Shown: in pieces, positions 60,174 to 64,000 of the stretch
Numbering within the stretch: position 1 is the first letter of the stretch
How the letters are laid out: each line of letters opens with the position of its first letter
Made by a program: the position numbers and the translations under genes
Source: a bacterium
GTDB taxonomy: Bacteria > Patescibacteriota > Minisyncoccia > Phycocordibacterales > UBA12079
Assembly (NCBI GenBank): GCA_030641525.1
Contig: DAOWHH010000001.1
Span: 2,626-66,625, forward strand
Direction of reading: 5' to 3'
DNA: 64,000 bases
The notes under the pieces: model-generated
Database searches by the model: none
Told to the model about the DNA's origin: nothing
What the model saw: the letters and a program-made list of their open reading frames with translations, nothing else

Positions 60174-61334
60174 ATGACTTTTTTTTCAAAAACTGAAAAT
60201 AAAAAAATACTTTTTTTAATGATTCTACTAGGATGTTTTTTGCCTCTTTGTTTTTCAAGTGCTTATGAAATTAGAGATACTGATACTGAGGTAAGAGATG
60301 ATTTTGTACTTGAACCTGCAAAATTGGAAGCATTTCTTGATCCTGGGGCTTTTGATACTAAGATAATTAGTATTTTAAATAGAACTGATAAAACTTTGGA
60401 CTTTAAAATAGAGCTAGAAGATTTTTCAGGTTCTATGGATCCTAATAGAACAGTTATTTTATCGGGTGATGAAAGAGGTCCATATTCCCTTAAAGATTAT
60501 TTACATCCAGAAGTTGATTCTTTTACACTTAAGTCTGGTCAAAAAATAAATTTTACAGTAGATATTGATATTCCTTTGGATGCAGAACCAGGGGGTTTAT
60601 ATGGTTCGGTTTTAGTTTTGAGTGAGTCTAATGATTTTGAACAAGGAGGTAATACTACAATTGTTTCTCGTTTAGGAGCATTATTTTTTATAAATGTAAA
60701 TGGTGAAGTTACTAGAAGTGGTAAATTGACCTCTTTCAAAAAAATCGATTCTCCAGAAAAAGGAACGACTTTTGAATTATTATTTGTTAATGATGGTAGT
60801 ACTCATTTAAATTTGTCCGGACATATACAAATTTTTAACTCTTTAGGAACTCAGATAGATGAGATAGAAATTCCTACATATTTTGCTATGCCAAATTCGG
60901 TTCGTTTTAGAGAATTACATTGGAATGTCAGTAAATTATTTGGTAGATATAAGGCTGTTGTTGTTGTAGATCGTGGCTATGGAGGTTTAACAGACGAATT
61001 ATCTTTAATTTTTTGGGCTATTTCTGTTAAATTGGTAGCAATTATTCTAGGAGTATTAATTTTGATTATTCTTCTTATTATTTGGTTAAGTAAGACCTTT
61101 GATTTTACGATTACGAGGGAACCCCCCTCCACTGAGGTTTCCGCTGATGCTAATGCTATGGCGGACAAGATGGCAGTCAATAAAAAAAGTGTAGATGATA
61201 ATCAATCGCAAATACAGTCTCAACCAATAATACAGTCTCAATCTCCACCACAAACTCAAATACCAAACGAAACTTCAATATCTGAAATACAAATACCTGG
61301 TTCTGATAATCAAGGATTAAATGATTTAAAATAA
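60174..61334 (+). CDS. DUF916/DUF3324-like (WxL-interacting) membrane protein
   Basis: IPLDAEPGGLYGSVL, FVNDGSTHL...G, GRYKA; C-terminal TM. Confidence 0.65.
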   Translation: MTFFSKTENKKILFLMILLGCFLPLCFSSAYEIRDTDTEVRDDFVLEPAKLEAFLDPGAFDTKIISILNRTDKTLDFKIELEDFSGSMDPNRTVILSGDERGPYSLKDYLHPEVDSFTLKSGQKINFTVDIDIPLDAEPGGLYGSVLVLSESNDFEQGGNTTIVSRLGALFFINVNGEVTRSGKLTSFKKIDSPEKGTTFELLFVNDGSTHLNLSGHIQIFNSLGTQIDEIEIPTYFAMPNSVRFRELHWNVSKLFGRYKAVVVVDRGYGGLTDELSLIFWAISVKLVAIILGVLILIILLIIWLSKTFDFTITREPPSTEVSADANAMADKMAVNKKSVDDNQSQIQSQPIIQSQSPPQTQIPNETSISEIQIPGSDNQGLNDLK

Positions 61335-61337
61335 ATT

Positions 61338-62117
61338 GTGTCTATTAATAATAAAAAAAAGAAAATCGGAGTTATTATTTTGTTTTTGTCGATGTCAATA
61401 ACAACTTCAGCTTATTTTAGTTCATCTGGTAATTATAGATTACAAAGTGACTCTCTTAATATGGGTGGAATACTTTCTACATCCACGAATTATTATCTAG
61501 AAGATACTCTTGGTGAAGTAGCAACTGGTATATCTACTAGTACTGTATACGATATGAATGCTGGTTATCAACAAATGCAAAGATCTGTTATTTCTGTTAG
61601 TGCTGCCTCAGATATAAATATGCCTGAATTAAGTCTAACCCAAAATACAGGAGTGGGTAGTACTACATGGACAATTACTACTGATAGCCCAGCAGGTTAT
61701 TCTGCTGATGTTTATACTATTATTGATGCAGCTTGTCCTGATCGTGATGGACAGGGAGCGATTGATTCTTTATGTGACTCAGCAACAAGTGAATCGTTTG
61801 CGGATATTTCAATATCAAAGCATTTATGGAGTGTTGTTAATGAATACTCTTTTGGTTGGTCTGCTCATGGAGATGATGTTTCAGGTTTTGGACCCGATAA
61901 TACTTGTCTGAATGCTGTTGGTGTTAGTGTTCCTAGTGGTGGTTTATTATGGCAAGGTTTTAATGCTAGCACACTTTACCAAATTGCTAGCTCTACACAA
62001 AGAACTGGTCCTAATGGTACAGATACAACTCTTTGTTTAGCTATTGAGCAAGATACTGTTCTTGCCCCATCGGGTGACTATACTGCTAATATAGTAATAA
62101 CAGCTGTGTCTTTGTAA
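61338..62117 (+). CDS. Second WxL-like secreted protein (paralog of 59513)
   Basis: Shares LSLTQN..VGSTTWT, YSFGWSA.GDDV, DTTLCLA.EQDTV.APSG.Y with 59513. Confidence 0.65.
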   Translation: MSINNKKKKIGVIILFLSMSITTSAYFSSSGNYRLQSDSLNMGGILSTSTNYYLEDTLGEVATGISTSTVYDMNAGYQQMQRSVISVSAASDINMPELSLTQNTGVGSTTWTITTDSPAGYSADVYTIIDAACPDRDGQGAIDSLCDSATSESFADISISKHLWSVVNEYSFGWSAHGDDVSGFGPDNTCLNAVGVSVPSGGLLWQGFNASTLYQIASSTQRTGPNGTDTTLCLAIEQDTVLAPSGDYTANIVITAVSL

Positions 62118-62146
62118 TTAAAAGAAATAGTATATAATCATTAATA

Positions 62147-62953
62147 ATGAGTATTAAAAATATAATATTAGGAATTTTTATATTAATACCTACTTTTTGT
62201 CTAGGTGCTGATGAGTTAATTATAGAACAGGAGGTTTATAATATTTGTAATCAAAATAGACTTTGTGAAATAGATTTAGGAGAAACAGTTCTTACTTGTC
62301 CTACGGATTGTTTTGCAGGAGGAGGTCATCCTGAGTTGATAGACCAAGTATTAGGAGGGTCTATTACAATAAGTGATATCAAAATCTCAATAATAGCAGA
62401 TATCATAACCATATCTTGGGTTACTGATAAACCATCATCTTCTGTTTTGGTTTTAGGGGATGAAATAGGTAATATTGAAGAATTTTATTTAGATGAACTT
62501 TATTCTATAGATCATAGTATTAGTTTGGAAGACTTAAATCTTAAAAAAGAATATTTTTTTAAAATTTTGTCTGAAGGAGTCTATGGTGATAATAATTATG
62601 ATAAAGCCAAACTTTTTGTTATAAAAGGATATGGTTCGGAAGAGACAAAAGAAGATATAGAAATAAAAACTGAAGCATTTGATTTGGTTGAAGAAAAATT
62701 TATAAGTTCTACAAAAATAGATGTTTTTCCTAGTGATTTTAAATATCCTATGTTAGTGTCAAAAGAAATTAGTGATACTTATTACCAAAATATTTGTAAT
62801 ATTCTCTCTAAATATTGGTTGGCCTTTAAAAATAATATTATTGTCATTTATATTTATGAATATAAATGGTTGCTTGTAATTCTGCTCGGAATTATATTTT
62901 TATTATTTTTAATTTTTAAGAAAAAAGATAATAAAAAAGAAGAAAATAAATAA
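62147..62953 (+). CDS. Surface protein with Cys motif, FN3-like domain and C-terminal TM
   Basis: CNQNRLCE..GE...TCPTDC; ISWVTDKPSSS...HSISLEDL. Confidence 0.65.
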   Translation: MSIKNIILGIFILIPTFCLGADELIIEQEVYNICNQNRLCEIDLGETVLTCPTDCFAGGGHPELIDQVLGGSITISDIKISIIADIITISWVTDKPSSSVLVLGDEIGNIEEFYLDELYSIDHSISLEDLNLKKEYFFKILSEGVYGDNNYDKAKLFVIKGYGSEETKEDIEIKTEAFDLVEEKFISSTKIDVFPSDFKYPMLVSKEISDTYYQNICNILSKYWLAFKNNIIVIYIYEYKWLLVILLGIIFLLFLIFKKKDNKKEENK

Positions 62954-63002
62954 GTTTTGTTTTAGGTGTATTTTTTTGGTATAAATTACTATAATTTTTT
63001 AT

Positions 63003-63073
63003 TGCCAGATCGTCTAATGGTAGGACACATCTCTCTGGAGGATGTTATCTAGGTTCGAATCCTAGTCTGGCAA
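63003..63073 (+). tRNA. tRNA-Gln(CTG)
   Basis: Acceptor tgccaga/tctggca (U1-A72), D-loop aatggta, anticodon loop ctCTGga, T-arm ctagg-ttcgaat-cctag; CCA not encoded. Confidence 0.95.
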
Positions 63074-63124
63074 CTAGCGAAATTTTTGATATATGAAATA
63101 TATCAAAAATTATACTCGATTGTT

Positions 63125-63145
63125 TGTCCAGACTAGGACTCGAAC
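63125..63145 (-). repeat. Inverted copy of the tRNA-Gln 3' end
   Basis: Reverse complement gttcgagtcctagtctggaca versus tRNA gttcgaatcctagtctggcaa. Confidence 0.85.
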
Positions 63146-63335
63146 TGAGGCTACTCTCGTGGGATCAGGAAAAACTACGATTGCTGAATTATTGTAGTAT
63201 ATAAAGAATTTGCAGAAATAAAAGACAAGATAGGTGTGGAAAATTTTATATATACAACAGGATTGACACCAAAACAGACTTTTGAGAAGTTCTTTAGTTG
63301 TTAATTAAGAAAATTCATTTAAAAACCCTAAAAAC

Positions 63336-63366
63336 AAAAAATTGGAAGTTCAACTTCCAATTTTTT
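63336..63366. repeat. ttggaagttcaacttccaa palindrome
   Basis: Perfect inverted repeat with A/T tails; degenerate in-frame copy inside murB at 44409-44427. Confidence 0.7.
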
Positions 63367-63506
63367 ATTTTTTAAAATGTTTAAAGCGAGTTTTTAAAAA
63401 ACCCTCTTTACATTTTTTTCTTTTATTTTATGAATGATTTTCCACAGCCCTAAATCTAAAATTTTAAGGTAAAATTATAATGTTTTCAGTTAATTTTTAA
63501 AAAAAA

Positions 63507-64000
63507 ATGAAAAAAACCACAAAAAAAGCAGTAAAGAAGATAGATTTTGTCAAAAAAGTACAAAAAAGAGATGGTTCAATAGTTGATTTTGATTTAAATA
63601 AAATAATAAATGCAGTCTACAAAGCTATGTTGGCATCGGGAGAAGGTTCAGACAAAGAAGCTGAATTAGTTGCTAATAAAGTGTATTTAGATTTAATAAA
63701 AATATCGAAAAGATTCAAAAATTTCTTACCAAATATTGAAGGGATTCAAGATTCTATAGAAAAAGAGCTTATTTTGAATGATTATATTAAAACTGCTAAA
63801 GCATATATTCTTTATAGAGAACAAAGAACTAAATTGAGAGGACAAGGTATTAAAGTTCCTGAAAAAGTCCGTAAATTAGCTAAAGAAAGTAAAGATTATT
63901 TTAAAAATCCATTAGCTGAATTTGTTTATTACCGTTCTTATTCTAAATGGATAGATGATGAAGGAAGAAGAGAGACATTTATTGAGACTGTTGATAGGTA
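63507..64000 (+). CDS. ATP-cone-containing ribonucleotide reductase (probably class II), truncated by window end
   Basis: VQKRDGSIVDFDLNKIINAVYKA ATP cone, TAKAYILYR, EFVYYRSYSKW...RRETF.ETVDR. Confidence 0.85.
   Translation, partial: MKKTTKKAVKKIDFVKKVQKRDGSIVDFDLNKIINAVYKAMLASGEGSDKEAELVANKVYLDLIKISKRFKNFLPNIEGIQDSIEKELILNDYIKTAKAYILYREQRTKLRGQGIKVPEKVRKLAKESKDYFKNPLAEFVYYRSYSKWIDDEGRRETFIETVDR

Noticed and set aside
63074..63300. Prophage or integrative element at tRNA-Gln
   Set aside because: No integrase, and the tRNA fragment is inverted rather than a direct att repeat.
63440..63480. NrdR box or cobalamin riboswitch upstream of the reductase
   Set aside because: No convincing match to the NrdR consensus and no B12-box sequence is visible.
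1..64000. Alternative genetic code (UGA=Gly, as in Gracilibacteria/Absconditabacteria)
   Set aside because: Core genes translate full length in code 11, and TGA ends glyQS, tatD and map at the expected positions.

Overview
AT-rich bacterial chromosome segment (roughly 27-30% GC by eye) with the hallmarks of Patescibacteria/CPR, most likely Parcubacteria. The hallmarks are: no rpmD (L30) between rpsE and rplO, fragmented ribosomal operons, an alpha2-type GlyRS, many Ig-like surface proteins, and core genes without Shine-Dalgarno motifs. Most genes are on the + strand. Contents: glyQS, metG, rpsF-ssb-rpsR, ftsK-recA, an S-layer-like giant protein, a phospholipase C/P1-nuclease-tipped surface protein, rplJL, the rpsS-to-map cluster, ndk, murB, secA, infC-rpmI-rplT, a comEC-type gene, rpsLG-obg, gatB, a WxL-like cluster, tRNA-Gln and the start of an ATP-cone ribonucleotide reductase. 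Small accessory inserts include two toxin-antitoxin pairs, a ClpP-like SDH protease and an epimerase/ASCH pair. The most unusual signals are (1) a winged-helix gene beside ftsK carrying six exact TAAAGGACA copies inside its own coding sequence, in two reading frames; (2) several families of dispersed palindromic elements with compensatory base changes and DNA-type triloops, inserted between genes of core operons and in-frame inside proteins; (3) an unannotated multibranch ncRNA candidate at about 41.56-41.73 kb; and (4) an inverted copy of the tRNA-Gln 3' end. All calls come from reading the sequence; no searches were run.
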